NCBI GenBank assembly: GCA_951406725.2
Contig: OX597827.1
Span: 20,646,001-20,710,000, forward strand
DNA length: 64,000 nucleotides
Origin: Octopus vulgaris
Lineage: Eukaryota
Reading direction: 5' to 3'
Position numbers and translations under genes: made by a program. Below the pieces are notes generated by a model. That model ran no database searches. It was not told the origin of the DNA and saw only the letters and a program-made list of their open reading frames with translations. How positions within the stretch are numbered: position 1 is the stretch's first letter; each line of letters opens with the position of its first letter. Positions 1 through 12,058 of this stretch are shown here, one piece after another.

Positions 1-579
1 ATAAGTATTCACATTACCTCCTTGCAAGCACACATGCATATGAAGTAAAGTCTTGCTGGTCTCAGTACACCCTCTTAAAACTAATAATTTTATGAACAAA
101 TGAGGGAGCCTCTGTGTTGTTTGAACTCCTATAAATAGTAGCCAAGTTTTCCTCAAATGATAACATTGTCCTAGATACACTCTGTTTCATAAAACTGGAT
201 ATGTATGGCTAAAAGTAAGCTGGATCACAAATGACCAACGGCTAAATAACAATAACTTATAACCATTTAAACTTATAAACCTGAATTTCATTCATGATTT
301 TACCTGAATAAAGTTTGTCTTTTCCACAGTTCCAATTTTCTTGTTAATACTTCAATACAGAAAATATAAATGACTAAAGATTAACCAAATAGTCAACAAT
401 TTTGACTATCATTAGTCATGTCAAATACCCAGAATTCCTAATGATGAGAAAAGGTACAATAATTTCCTCTCTATTTCCTAAATCTTATCAAAATGTGAAT
501 TGTTTAGCAAATGTAACATTAGAATAATAATAATGATAATAATGTCTGTCTCACCGAAATGATAGTGCTGTATTGTTAC

Positions 580-731
580 CTGATTTTGTCATTTCAAGTA
601 AAACATTATGGCATTGATGTATGCGATGCAATCATCATCATTGCATTTGAAATTGCTTAACAGTTGATTTCTGAAAACTTTCAGACAACGTTTCCCATCC
701 TCTGTATCTACTGATTTTGCTTTGTACACTA
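580..731 (-). CDS. Possible downstream (stop-containing) exon of the same minus-strand gene
   Basis: TAGTAG tandem acceptor at 733-729. The phase-1 frame VYKAKSVDTEDGKRCLKVFRNQLLSNFKCNDDDCIAYINAIMFYLK* is compatible with the phase-1 end of exon 20711-20895. CAG|GTAACA donor at 580/579. The polypyrimidine tract is weak. Confidence 0.25.
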
Positions 732-1129
732 CTATTAATAATAATAAATAGTTAATCTTATAGTCTTTGGTGGTTTGTATATAGGATGGTGGTGTTGTCA
801 ACTAAGGTTTTCATTTTCTATGTAGTTTCATTTCATTATATGTTCTGTAATAGCTGCTGGCTGTAATTGCATGCTAGTGGAGCCACATGTGCTTCTGATC
901 AGCCTAAAGTTAAAACACTGCTATCTCTATTCCACAACACTCCTAGCTATAAACAACCACGGAACTGAGTTATGGTTCACTGTTACAAATTCACAAGTAT
1001 TTCATTAGGGTATCCTACTAAACCTAATCTCTTTTCTAACCGCAAAATGCTTTGCTACTTCAAACTGATTTGCTTAGCAAGAATTACACATCAATAACAA
1101 CCATCTGACCTAATGTGTTATTGGATTTG

Positions 1130-1566
1130 TACGTGTGTGTAACAAGAGTCATGTGCAGTATGTGTATGTGTGTGTGTACTGTGTGTGTTTGTGCTTTGTG
1201 TATAGTGTGTGTGTGCTGTATTGTGTGTGTGTGTGCTTTGTGTATAGTGTGTGTGTGTATGTGTGCCGTATTGTGTACTGTGTGTGTGTGCATGCTGTAT
1301 TGTGTGTATGTGTGCTGTATGTGAGTGTGCTGTATTATGTGTGTGTGTGTGTGCTGTATATGTGTGTACTGTGTGCGTATGTGATTTATGTGAGTGTGTA
1401 CTGTGTGTGTATGTGTGTTTGTGTGCATGTGGTGTGTGTGTGTGTGTGCATGTGGTGTGTGTGTGCATGTGGTGTGTGTGTGTGCTGTGTGTGTGTGTGT
1501 ATGCATGTGGTGTGTATGTGTATGTATGCATGTGGTGTGTGTGTGTGTGTGTGTATGTATGCATGT

Positions 1567-1598
<32 letters not shown>
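1130..1598. repeat. Compound (TG)n microsatellite
   Basis: Directly visible. Confidence 0.95.
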
Positions 1599-1601
<3 letters not shown>

Positions 1602-3699
1602 AGTCCAAAATCTAAAAAATGCCTTTCTTTGAACCGCTGAAGACAAATTTGTTAAACACGGAATGCGGAATTCTCACCCCCACCCCTCCCCACCAATTGG
1701 TTTATGATATTTCTTAAATTTGTTGACCTTATTTCAGGTGCTCACACCTGTGGCTCACACCTGCCTTACCAACAGAGAAGAACATTTCTGTTGTCGACTT
1801 TATTTCAACGATGACCACCACCCCTACTGCCATTCCCAAAACTCCACTAGTCAGACAGTAGTCACATTGAGGTTTTAATGATCTTGAAAGACCAAACTTC
1901 TTTAAATTCATGGCCAATGAAATGCCTTTGAGGAAACCGTTGCAACTGAATTGAGTTGCCATGGTTACGAGGTGGGTTTGTATCTGTTTATTTGATGTAA
2001 CAACAAGTAATTCAAACAGTCCACCGAACCAAAGATAAACAGACTGTCCATCCATAAGCATACTTTTGTCATAAATATTGGTCGTGAAAGAAAACATGGC
2101 ATTGAAGAGCAATAAACTGCAACTATGAATGTAATGTGTGGCACTTTATAGATCATGCGACCAGCTTCTGATGTTGAGTTTAGGATTAAAACCTTTCAAC
2201 AGTTATTTGTCAGTTCTTGCAACCAACTTGATGATGGTTACAATTGCAATAATAAACTCAGTCTGTGCAAAATGTTTAAGTATGGATTAGCCAAACACAC
2301 AAATGTAAATGCGTGTGTGTGTGTGTGTAGATGCATATTTTCACACAAGATGACAGAGTAAGATTGGTTTACTTTTTCTATCTACAAGTTTTGTTAATGC
2401 AAATCCTGGATTCTGTTTACACACACACACACACAATATCCAGATTCCAAGATTGGGGGTGCTGGTTATAGTAGCCACAACACTTTAAGAAATAATGACC
2501 CCTAAAGCCTGTAGAAATGAAGGCTCCAAAGCCAGTCCTTTCTTGCTGACCAATGGATTATAAAACCATCCTAACCATATGCACCCCTGTTTCTGTTTTT
2601 TTCTCTCCCAAGCACAATGTATCTGGGACTACATTGTTTAATGTGTCAATCCTTTTTGATGGCAATGATTATGATTTCCATCAGATTTCTGCAGAGGCGC
2701 AATCACATGGCTTTATGTTCAGTCTCCTTGCACACCACTTTGGGGAATTGTGTTTTGCTGCAACCCCAAACAGACCAATGCCTTGTGAGTGCATCTGACA
2801 GAGAGAAACTGTACAAAGAGCATCACACACACACACACCTAAACAAACACAGATGTATACTCAGTATACACATACTCACCTAAACCAGCATAAACATCAT
2901 CATCATCTACCGTCCATTGTCCATGCTGGCATGGGCTGGACATAGACACACACACACAAAGGCCTTCTGATTGAATTTGGAAGGCAGAAGTTCCTGTTGT
3001 GTGTGTACATGTGTGTGAAAGTGTTGATGCCTCCTAACAGAGAGGAGGGGTTATATATATATATATGCACACACACATATACATCTAGACATCTAAATGC
3101 CAAGCAACAGAGAGGCAGACATTATTTTTATGATACGCAGTACCAGACATGTCTGCTCAAAACAGATTGAAGCAGATACGTGAACACCCACTCCCATTTC
3201 CTCACACACACACACACACACATTTTAAATTAAAAAGTAAAGAGCAACCGTTCAAAGGCAAATGTGACATGGACCCTTCATTACCAATTCTTTCATCTTT
3301 TTATTGATTTCAGGGACTGGCCATGCTGCAGTACTGCCTGTGAGGTTTTGCAGTCAGCCACATCTAGTGCCAATACTCATTTTATCAAGTGGTCAACATA
3401 ATTTCTTTGATAGAAATGTCAAACACATAAGCACTAATACAGACCCACACATGCATGTAAGGGCAGGGTTGGCCTCTTCTAGATTGCCCATGGGAAAGGG
3501 ATGGCAGTACAAACGCTTCTGGGGGTAGGGTGGCAATGAAGTCATGGGTGGAGTAGACATAACCTTAGCAGAGAAATGGGTTGATGAAAAGATAGAGGTG
3601 GAGAGTGTGAAATGAGTGATACGATTAATGGTAGATGCTAGAGGCTGGACTGGCAGATGGACAGAAGGAAGTGTTCCTCTGAGGCTCGTCTGCAATTTA

Positions 3700-4440
3700 T
3701 CTTGACGATGGATGATAATGACATTCTCATCGCTGATGACTTCAACAGATATGGTGGACAGGACTCCAGTGGATTTCAAAATATTCATACAGGTTATGGC
3801 TTTGCTACTAGAAATGAGGAGTGAACAAGGTTGCTGGAGTTCTGGAATGAAAATGAATTGTCGATATCCGACACTAACTGAGGAAACCTGCTAGCCACCT
3901 GGTCACCTATTGATCTGGTGGGCACACAAACTACATTGACTACATTCTCACCAGAAATAGCAATAGGCCGATGCTGGTGAATGCAAAGTCCTCCTTTTCT
4001 AGTGAAGAATATACTTCCTAACATAGGTTGATAGTGAACTGGAAGGATTCAGAGAGAATCCAATTTAGAAAAGGAAGATATGGAAACTTAAAGATCCATG
4101 AAACAGAGATTTAATGGTATTCTAATTAAGGAATTCGATAAGAAGGAAGAGGAGACAGAGATCTGTGATGTAGAGGACAACTGGAGCGTCTTATGGGACA
4201 ACCTACTGAGGGTCACAGAACAAACCCGTGGCTTGTGCAAAGTTGCAGCAGATCAAAGGTTAGATGATGGTGGAACAGAGAAGTAGACAGAACCATAAAA
4301 GCAAAGAAGAAGGTTTGGAAGTTTTTGAAGAATGTGGGTAACAAAGAACTCTACTATGTACCTAGGGGAGAAGCTAGAAGATAAGGTTTATTAAGTAAGG
4401 GGAAAAGCAGAAAGGAAGAGGTTTGTCAATATTCTACCTA
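3700..4440 (+). mobile_element. Decayed RTE-type LINE fragment (AP endonuclease C-terminus and linker)
   Basis: Degenerate GDFN(R)YGG, R(S)EQG..LEF and IDYILTR motifs, followed by ..HRLIV.. and VEDNWSVLWDNLLRVTEQTRG.. Many frameshifts. Confidence 0.65.
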
Positions 4441-5028
4441 ATTAGTGTGGTGGTGGTGGGTCAATGTGTATGTATCTATGAGTCTAATTCAATAGAAGAA
4501 TTTCATATATATAAAAAAAACCTTATTTGTTTCAACATGAGTTGATGAATTTCTTTCAAATGCAAAAAATAACTTCCTAGCCACAAACTCTATTCAGGGT
4601 GTATCGTGTTTATTTCTTGTAAAGGTGCCTACTTCTGGTTTCCATTGGATACTACATTTCTTTTTAGTTCTATTATGTGAGGATCTATTATGTGCTGCTT
4701 CCGTGTTATCAATGTATTCTATGAAGCAGACATCTAAACTGTTGTTGACAGACCAATAGAGTGAGTTTTGTTAACACATCACTGTTACACTGCAGCAGAA
4801 TAATATTACAGGTAGATTCTGTGTGCAGTTTCATTTCATTGAAACAACTTTTAAAGCTTTTACATTCTTCTTTTACCAAATTCTAAATAATTTTAATAAC
4901 ATCAAGTGATGGTTTGTTGCCAACTTAATGTTGCAGTGCCAGGAAAGGGAATTATGCTACTGCTATTTGGCCCCAGGAAACATCATTTCCAGTTGACTGT
5001 GTGATACAAGCAATCTGTGTCCTTATCA

Positions 5029-5490
5029 GTGAGGAGGGTGCTTGTTGGACACCGTGCAGGACGTAAAATAAGACCTGTCAAAGAGCAGAAGGACTCAAGA
5101 GCAGTCAATGGCTATCCAACAATATGTGTACATGTATATGCATGCGTGAAAATACCTGGGTTAGTGTCCAGGCACACGGTTGGCCCACTGGGAGTGGGAG
5201 GACTCTCTATTATTGTCATAACATTTGTCAAGGAGAGGAAAACTCGGAGAAAACCTGTGACACTGACAATATCCGATGATGTAGACTAGTTCTTCTGTTC
5301 GAGTTTATTTTGTCCATGTTCAGGGAGTGGGATTGGCTTTGTGAAAATCCTCTCCCCTCTATAAAAAAATCATTATACACAGGTATCATTTGAAGAAAGA
5401 AAAAAAACCTATCACAAAGATGGCTGGTCATAGCCCTCGCATGTGTGGGACTTTCGATCAGGTGATGGAAATACTCAAACAAGCTTGCAA

Positions 5491-5527
<37 letters not shown>

Positions 5528-5535
5528 TACACACA
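5029..5535. repeat. Non-transposase flank duplicated in inverted orientation at 16245-16707
   Basis: GTGAGGAGGGTGCTTGTTGGACACCGTGCAGGACG... matches the reverse complement of 16245-16707 continuously up to the maT TIR. Confidence 0.85.
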
Positions 5536-6830
5536 CTGGGTGCAATGGACAAATTGTTGCCATCTTACATTTTTAATTTTGCGTATGTGTATTGTTTTTG
5601 ATTTTTCAAGTACACAGTATAGTAGGGTCAGTTGAGCACCGTCTGTGAAAAAGACACAGCACCATGATGCAGTTCTCTCTGCCAGAAATTTGGAAATGAC
5701 ATGCTGTACTGCTTGACATTCATGCCGGAAGCTCCAATGCGAACATTTAAGAGTGTTTGGGTGTCAATCTGAGGACAGTGCAGAGAATTCAGATAGAGTT
5801 GGATGAATGTAATGGTGATTATGAAGGTATGGCAGCTTGGAAAACTCACTCTGATCATTCCGATAAGAAAAGAACTCCTGAATCTGTTGGTGAGATCCAG
5901 GCCGTAATGGACAACAAACCCTCTAAGTCAGTCAGGCCCATCGCCAGGGACATGGGAGTGTCTGAGTTTCTTATCACGCAGGTAATGCATGAAGACGTTC
6001 AGTATTCCTCATACAAGATGAGAAAGGGCCAATTTTTAACCCGAGACATCAAGGACAAGAGGAAAGACCATGCTACGAAGCTTTTGAACAAATGCAAGCA
6101 TCCCCTCCAACCAAACATGCTTTGGCTTTACAAGAAAAATCTCTGCCAAGATCAGGCAGTGAACATACAGAACAGCCGTTGGCTTACCATGTCCCCAAAA
6201 CATGTATAGAAACTGATAGAAATCAAACATCCAGTCAACATCATGGTGTTTGGAGTGATCACTAGTGATGACGGCGTTATGCCTTCATTCATCTTCCCAC
6301 ACAGCTTCAGACTCGACATGGAGGCCTACATAAAGTGCCTGGAGGAGGTAGTGCTGCCCTGGATCAAGAGGGTGGCTGCTGGAAGACCCTATGTCTGGCA
6401 ACAGGACTCTGTACTATGCCGCACAAGCAGGTGAAACCAAGTTATAGCTGTCAGACAATTTCTGCAACCACATCACCCCTAACATCAGACCACCTAACTC
6501 CCGACACTGCAACTGCCTTGATTATTATGTGTGGGGTGCAGTTGACCAAGAGACCAACAAAACTCTGTGTAACGCCAAAGATGAACTGAAGGCAAGGATT
6601 ATGGCAGCATTCACCAGCTTAAACAAGGAAACCGTCCAGAAGAGTTGCAGGAGATTCCGAAATCGTCTGGAGACCCTGGTTGAACCCAATGGCAATTTTA
6701 TGGAATAAATGTACTCTTTAGTATTTCAAGATATTTTAATGTAATTTTGGTAAACATATCTGTTAAAATGAGATGTCATGTCATTTTCAGTTTTGCATAA
6801 TTTAGATGACAGCTTATTCACTGCACCCTG
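5536..6830 (+). mobile_element. Tc1/mariner maT-type (DD37D) transposon, decayed, copy 1
   Basis: TIRs C(T)GGGTGCAATGGA / TTCACTGCACCCTG-TA. Transposase fragments (MRKGQFL, IMVFGVITSDG, YVWQQDS) with frameshifts. A consensus built from the three copies gives QQD-x37-D (WPPNSPDCNPLDYYVW). Confidence 0.9.
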
Positions 6831-6857
6831 TATATGTTATATATATATATATATATA

Positions 6858-8111
6858 CAGGGCTTGGACAAAATAATGGCATCATAGCATCATAATTTTG
6901 AAATATCTATAAAACTGTCAAAAGCTTGTTTAATTTTATGTTTTTTGATTTATTATTAGTGTTGCTTTATATGTTTTGCTAAAATTGCTGTTTCTTTTGA
7001 GATATCATCAGAAAAAGGTAATTAAAATTTATTAAAATGCCAGATCTGTCGGACTTTCAAAGAGGTCACATTGTTGGTGCTCGTAAGGCAGGCACTAGCA
7101 TAACAGAAACAGCCAAAATGTTTGGTGTATCAAGAAGTACTGTCTCGAAAGTAATGACAGCCTTTGAGAAAGAGTGAAAAACCTCCTCGTTGAAACAAAA
7201 CACCGGAAGAATACCAAAACTTTCAGATAGGAACTGTCAGACTCTTACACGAATTGTTAGAAAGGATCACAAAAGTACAGCTCCCAAAATTACTGTAGAG
7301 AACCTCGAGAACCCATTTTACACAAAAATTGTTTGCTGGGAACTGCACAAAGCCAGATTTCACAGGTGGGCTGCAATCAGAAAACCACTACTTTCAAAAA
7401 CAAACGTTGCAAAGCATTTAGAGTGGAGTAAAAACTTACAGAATTGGTCCCTAGAGCAGTGGAAGAATGTTATTTTCTTAGATGAGTCATCCTTTACCCT
7501 ATTTACGACCTCCGGCTGAGTATACATGTGGAGACAGCTAAAAGAAGCATTTGACCCAGACTGCTTTCTTCCAACTGTTAAACATGGAGGAGGATCTGTG
7601 ATGATCTAGGGGGCTATATCTTGGAAATCTGCCAGCCTAGTAGTTTCTCTTCATGGCAGAATAAATACTCAAGACTATTTAAGCATTTTATCTGATCAAA
7701 TTCATCCTATGGTTGCGGAACTGTTTCCGGAGGGAAACACAATCTTTGAGGATGATAATGCACCAATTCACACAGCTAAAGTTGTTACTGAATGGTAGAA
7801 GGAACATTCTAGTGAAGTTAAACATCTTATCTGGCCGCCACAGTCCCCAGCTCTCAATATTATTGAACATTTATGGTGCATTTTAGAAAAACAAGTAAGG
7901 AGTCGATATCCTCCACCATCATCACTACAAGAACTGGAGACTGTTTTAGCTGAAGAATGGACAAGAATTCTTTTGGAAACAATTCAAACTTTGTACGAGT
8001 CCATACCTTGTAGAATTCAAGCTGTAATTACTGCCAAAGGTGGTCCTACCATATATTAAAATAAATTTGTCTGAAATTTTAAGGTGTTTCCATTATTTTG
8101 TCTAACCCCTG
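6858..8111 (+). mobile_element. Tc1-like transposon with DD36E spacing, full length, transposase pseudogene ~7037-8059
   Basis: TIRs CAGGGCTTGGACAAAATAATGG / CCATTATTTTGTCTAACCCCTG with TA flanks. Protein MPDLSDFQRGHIVGAR...WKNVIFLDESSF...VKHGGGSVMI*G...FEDDNAPIH...WPPQSPALNIIEHLW with several in-frame stops. Confidence 0.92.
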
Positions 8112-8160
<49 letters not shown>

Positions 8161-8545
8161 ATCTAGTATGGGTAGATGGAGAACACCAGTTTGACTGAAT
8201 TTTATTGGTCAACAGCAGTTGGATGGATGGATACATCATCATCTTAGCAGAGAGTGTTGGGAGTGGGTGGGGTAAGATCTGGCGATTTGGCAGAAAATGA
8301 CATGGATGAGTGACACTTGCAGCTGATTGACCTTTTCACAAGGGAGGTTACTGGGATTGGACTGAAAAATAAATCCATAACAAATATTTGATAGCAAAAA
8401 GATAAAGTCTTAAATCTGTTATTCTCCAGTCTTGTTAGTTGGGTCATAATGTGTAATTTTTCTGATAAACATGAAGAGTATCATCATACTCCCTCTCTTT
8501 ATCTATCTATCTATCCATCCATCCATACATACATACATACACACT

Positions 8546-8582
<37 letters not shown>

Positions 8583-9035
8583 GTGTGTATGTGTGTGAGA
8601 AAGAAAGACAAGCAGATAGGCAGAGAAAACAACAGGGATAGAGATAATGAAGCTAGACTGTTTAGCTGTGCATTTTAATGGAAACACACTTTAAGTATTA
8701 AATAAACAGGAACAGCAACAACAGCATCAGCCACACTAAAACCTGGAAATGCCTACAGTTAGAGCTGAATGAAAAATGAAGATGAACAACAAGAGAAGCA
8801 GCAGATCGAAACAACAACAACAACAACAACAACAACAAAAACAGCGGAAAATAGCACCAAGAAGAGCAGCGAAAGGAAGGAGGTGTAAGATTGAAGGAAA
8901 ATGGAAGTATAAAAGAAGACGCTGACAAAAACAGATGAAAATGCCGTCAGACCGATCAAAGAAGCTCAGAACATCTACTTAAAACCAATCAAAACCAAAC
9001 ATCTCATCATCAGGCTTAAAACATGTTTTGTATGC

Positions 9036-9155
<120 letters not shown>

Positions 9156-9410
9156 CTGCATTTCCTTCCTTTTTCAAACTCGCTCACTCTCTCCATCAAC
9201 GTTTATGTAATCTTCTCTTATTTGTGGCTCATTTTTCTCTCTGCACCTCTTTCTATGTCATAAACTACCTCTTTACTTGTTAGTCTATCATCCTCTCTAA
9301 CAATACAATTACCTACCTCTGTATCTAAATATATATATATATATATATATTAACCAATCTCTATTGATCTATCAACCATGCTACACCTCTCTTTCTCTTT
9401 TTCCCTCTCT

Positions 9411-9449
<39 letters not shown>

Positions 9450-11111
9450 CATACATACATACATATATATATGTGTATATCACTCACTATATTGATATTC
9501 TCTCCACTGCTCTCTCCCTCTCTCTCTCTCTCTTCTATCTACTTCGTTTCATGCACACTCTCCCTGCACCCAATTATACACATATCGATCAGTGTGTCTT
9601 GCTTATGCAGTCTTTCTCCAATCTTTTGCATTTCCTCAATGAACTTAAACCAAAGTATAACAGGAGAAAAAGGAAAAAAAAATATAACAAACAACAACAA
9701 CAACAAAAAAAACAACAACCAATCAAGAAAATAAAATAAATTACAAATGTGAATAGGAAAATAAATCAATAAATTATGATAGGAGGGGGGGGGGGAGAAG
9801 TTTAATGAAGAGAAATAAAAATTGAAAATGAAAAACTGATAAGGAAAAACAAAACTAAAATGCTGCTATTATGTTCACGGCCAACCCCCAAAACTGTTCA
9901 ATGTTCAATAGAAGACAAAATAAATAATTTATTGATTGTGTTGTTGTTTTTAATGTGTTTTTGTTGCAGTTTTAAATTCAAATTTAAAACAAAAGAATTT
10001 TTAATCCCTCAACAGTGCTTCAAGAGGAATGGAAAGATTAAACTTTGACAGACCCCAAATGTCACCAGGGCAGCTCCGACCCTTTTCAGTTTTCCGTACC
10101 TTTTGCAAACAAAAGTTTGCTTTTAATGATCATCCTTTGAAACAGAAATTCTTTCGGATACTTGTCATGCCACCCTCTTTCACCTTCTCGCTTAATTCCT
10201 TCTCCAATTTCATTCTTTGTTGTTCTTTATATATATTGTTTCATTTATTGTTTTCTGTTGCTTATTTCCCCTTCCCACCTCTCTCTCTTCCTCCTCTCTT
10301 TTACACCATTTCCAATTCATTTCTGTCCAAGTATGTTTCCCTGTTCTGTTTCCTATTTTCTTCTCTATTTTCTTTAAATATTTACCATTTTCCATTTATC
10401 TAATACTTTCTCCACACACACACCATTTATCAAAACCATTTTCTCTCAATGTTTGCCCTACCCCCCACCTCCTCAGCTTCTCTTTCTGTTCCTCTTGTCT
10501 CCCTCTATCTCTCACACTCCCCTTTCTCTCTCTCCCTTTCTTTATTTTCTCTCTCATATTCCTCTCCCCTTACCTCTCTCCACTTTCGGTCCATTTCAGG
10601 TTTTACTCTTTGCCTTCTTAATTCTTTCTCATTTACAATCTTCTCCTTTTTCTCCCCAATTTCCTCTTACACTCAACACCTCTTTCTCTCTCTCCCCCTC
10701 CCTCTGTTTCCTCTCGCCCATTTTTCCTCCAACTCCACTCCCACTCAGGCCCCACACAAACCACCATGTCAAATCCTTTCTTCTCTGGACAGAATATCAA
10801 CCCTCTGGAATCCCTTCCCACAACTGCTCACTTTTTAATTTTTTACTTGTTTCAGGCATTGGACTGTGACCATGCTGAGGCACCACTTTGAAGGGTGTGT
10901 ATATATATATATATATAGGCTATATTAAATCTCTGAGTGAGATATAAACAGTAGCAATACGGAATTGTAACATATAATTGCCAACCAAGTGTGGTGTCCT
11001 ATACAGGACAGTGCTACTGACATTTATAGCCCCAGGAAGACATCTCTTCCAGCTGGCTGACACACATTCTGTGTCCGATTAATATACTTGGTTGCCAAAA
11101 ATCAAATTCGC

Positions 11112-11650
11112 TGACTGGCATCCGTGCTAGCGGGGTGCAAAGAGCACCATACGAGTGTGATCGTTGACAGAGCAGCTAACCGGCTTCCATGCCAGTGGCA
11201 CATAAAAGGCACCATTCGAGTGTGATCGTTACAAGTGTTGCCTTACTGGCACTTGTGCCCGTGCTAGTAGGGTGCTAAGAGCACCATCCGAGCCTGATCG
11301 TTGCCAGAGCGGCTAACTGGCTTCCGTACTGGTGGCATGTAAAAGGCACCATTCGAGCGTGATCATCACCAGCGTTGCCTTGCTGGCACCTGTGCTGGTG
11401 GCATGTGTAAAAAGATTCGAGCGAGGTCATTGCGAGTACCACCTGACTGGCCCCCGTGCCGGTGGCATGTAAAAAGCACCCACTACACTCTTGGAGTGGT
11501 TGGCGTTAGGAAGGGCATCCAGCTGTAGAAACTCTGCCAGATCAAGATTGGAGCCTGGTGCTGCCATCTGGTTCGCTAACCCTCAGTCAAATCGTCCAAC
11601 CCATGCTAGCATGGAAAGCGGACGTTAAACAATGATGATGATGATGATGA
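11112..11650 (+). mobile_element. SINE-like family A ((GAT)n tail, internal ~60-bp tandem units)
   Basis: Conserved GAGTGGTTGGCGTTAGGAAGGGCATCCAGCTGTAGAAAC...CATGCTAGCATGGAAAGCGGACGTTAAAC(GAT)n, found more than 12 times in the window. Confidence 0.85.
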
Positions 11651-11668
11651 TATATATATATATATAGA

Positions 11669-12052
11669 TATAGACATCACTAAGATAAATATGGGTGCTA
11701 GTCAGCACCAGCATTGATAGAAATATGAATATAGTTTAGCCATGGGGAAGAACTTATCTAATGACTGACAAGGGAGACAAGCTCCCTACAGCAAGCAAGA
11801 CAGAGCCAGATCATCGATGATTTCGGATTTGATTAATCCTCATCAGTGATTCTCACCCAGTTGCTGAGGGTTAAAGCTAACTCACTTTGTCAGTTTATAG
11901 GAGTCAGAGGCTGATTCCATAAATGGTAAAAGTGAAAATTGTAAATTATTAAAGTAGTTTATTTGCAATTCACAAGCAAAAGGCACAAGTATAGATGTCA
12001 CTAAGGCGACCAAGGGTGCTAGTCAGCGCCAGCATTGCTAGAAATAAGAGAA
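11669..12052 (-). mobile_element. Retrozyme-like element (321-nt monomer plus ~60-bp terminal redundancy)
   Basis: Imperfect direct repeat TATAGA..TCACTAAG...GGGTGCTAGTCAGC.CCAGCATTG.TAGAAATA, with GGGTGCTAG at 11693 and 12014, brackets the hammerhead at 11802-11853. Confidence 0.65.
11802..11853 (-). ncRNA. Type I hammerhead ribozyme
   Basis: Minus strand reads AGAATCA-CTGATGA-GGATT-aatca-AATCC-GAAA-TCATCGATGA-TC-TGGCTCT. The core is intact, stem II is 5 bp starting with G-C, stem III is palindromic, the triplet is AUC, and stem I pairs at 6 of 7 positions. Confidence 0.8.
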
Positions 12053-12058
12053 CAACAA

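Noticed and set aside
1084-1646. Overlapping HT-/CV-rich ORFs up to 174 aa
   Set aside because: Translations of a (TG)n/(CA)n microsatellite, which lacks stop codons.
2690-2810. Apparent minus-strand exon with a good acceptor (TTTCTCTCTGTCAG|ATGCAC...)
   Set aside because: It is a decayed family B SINE head, and the frames checked close quickly.
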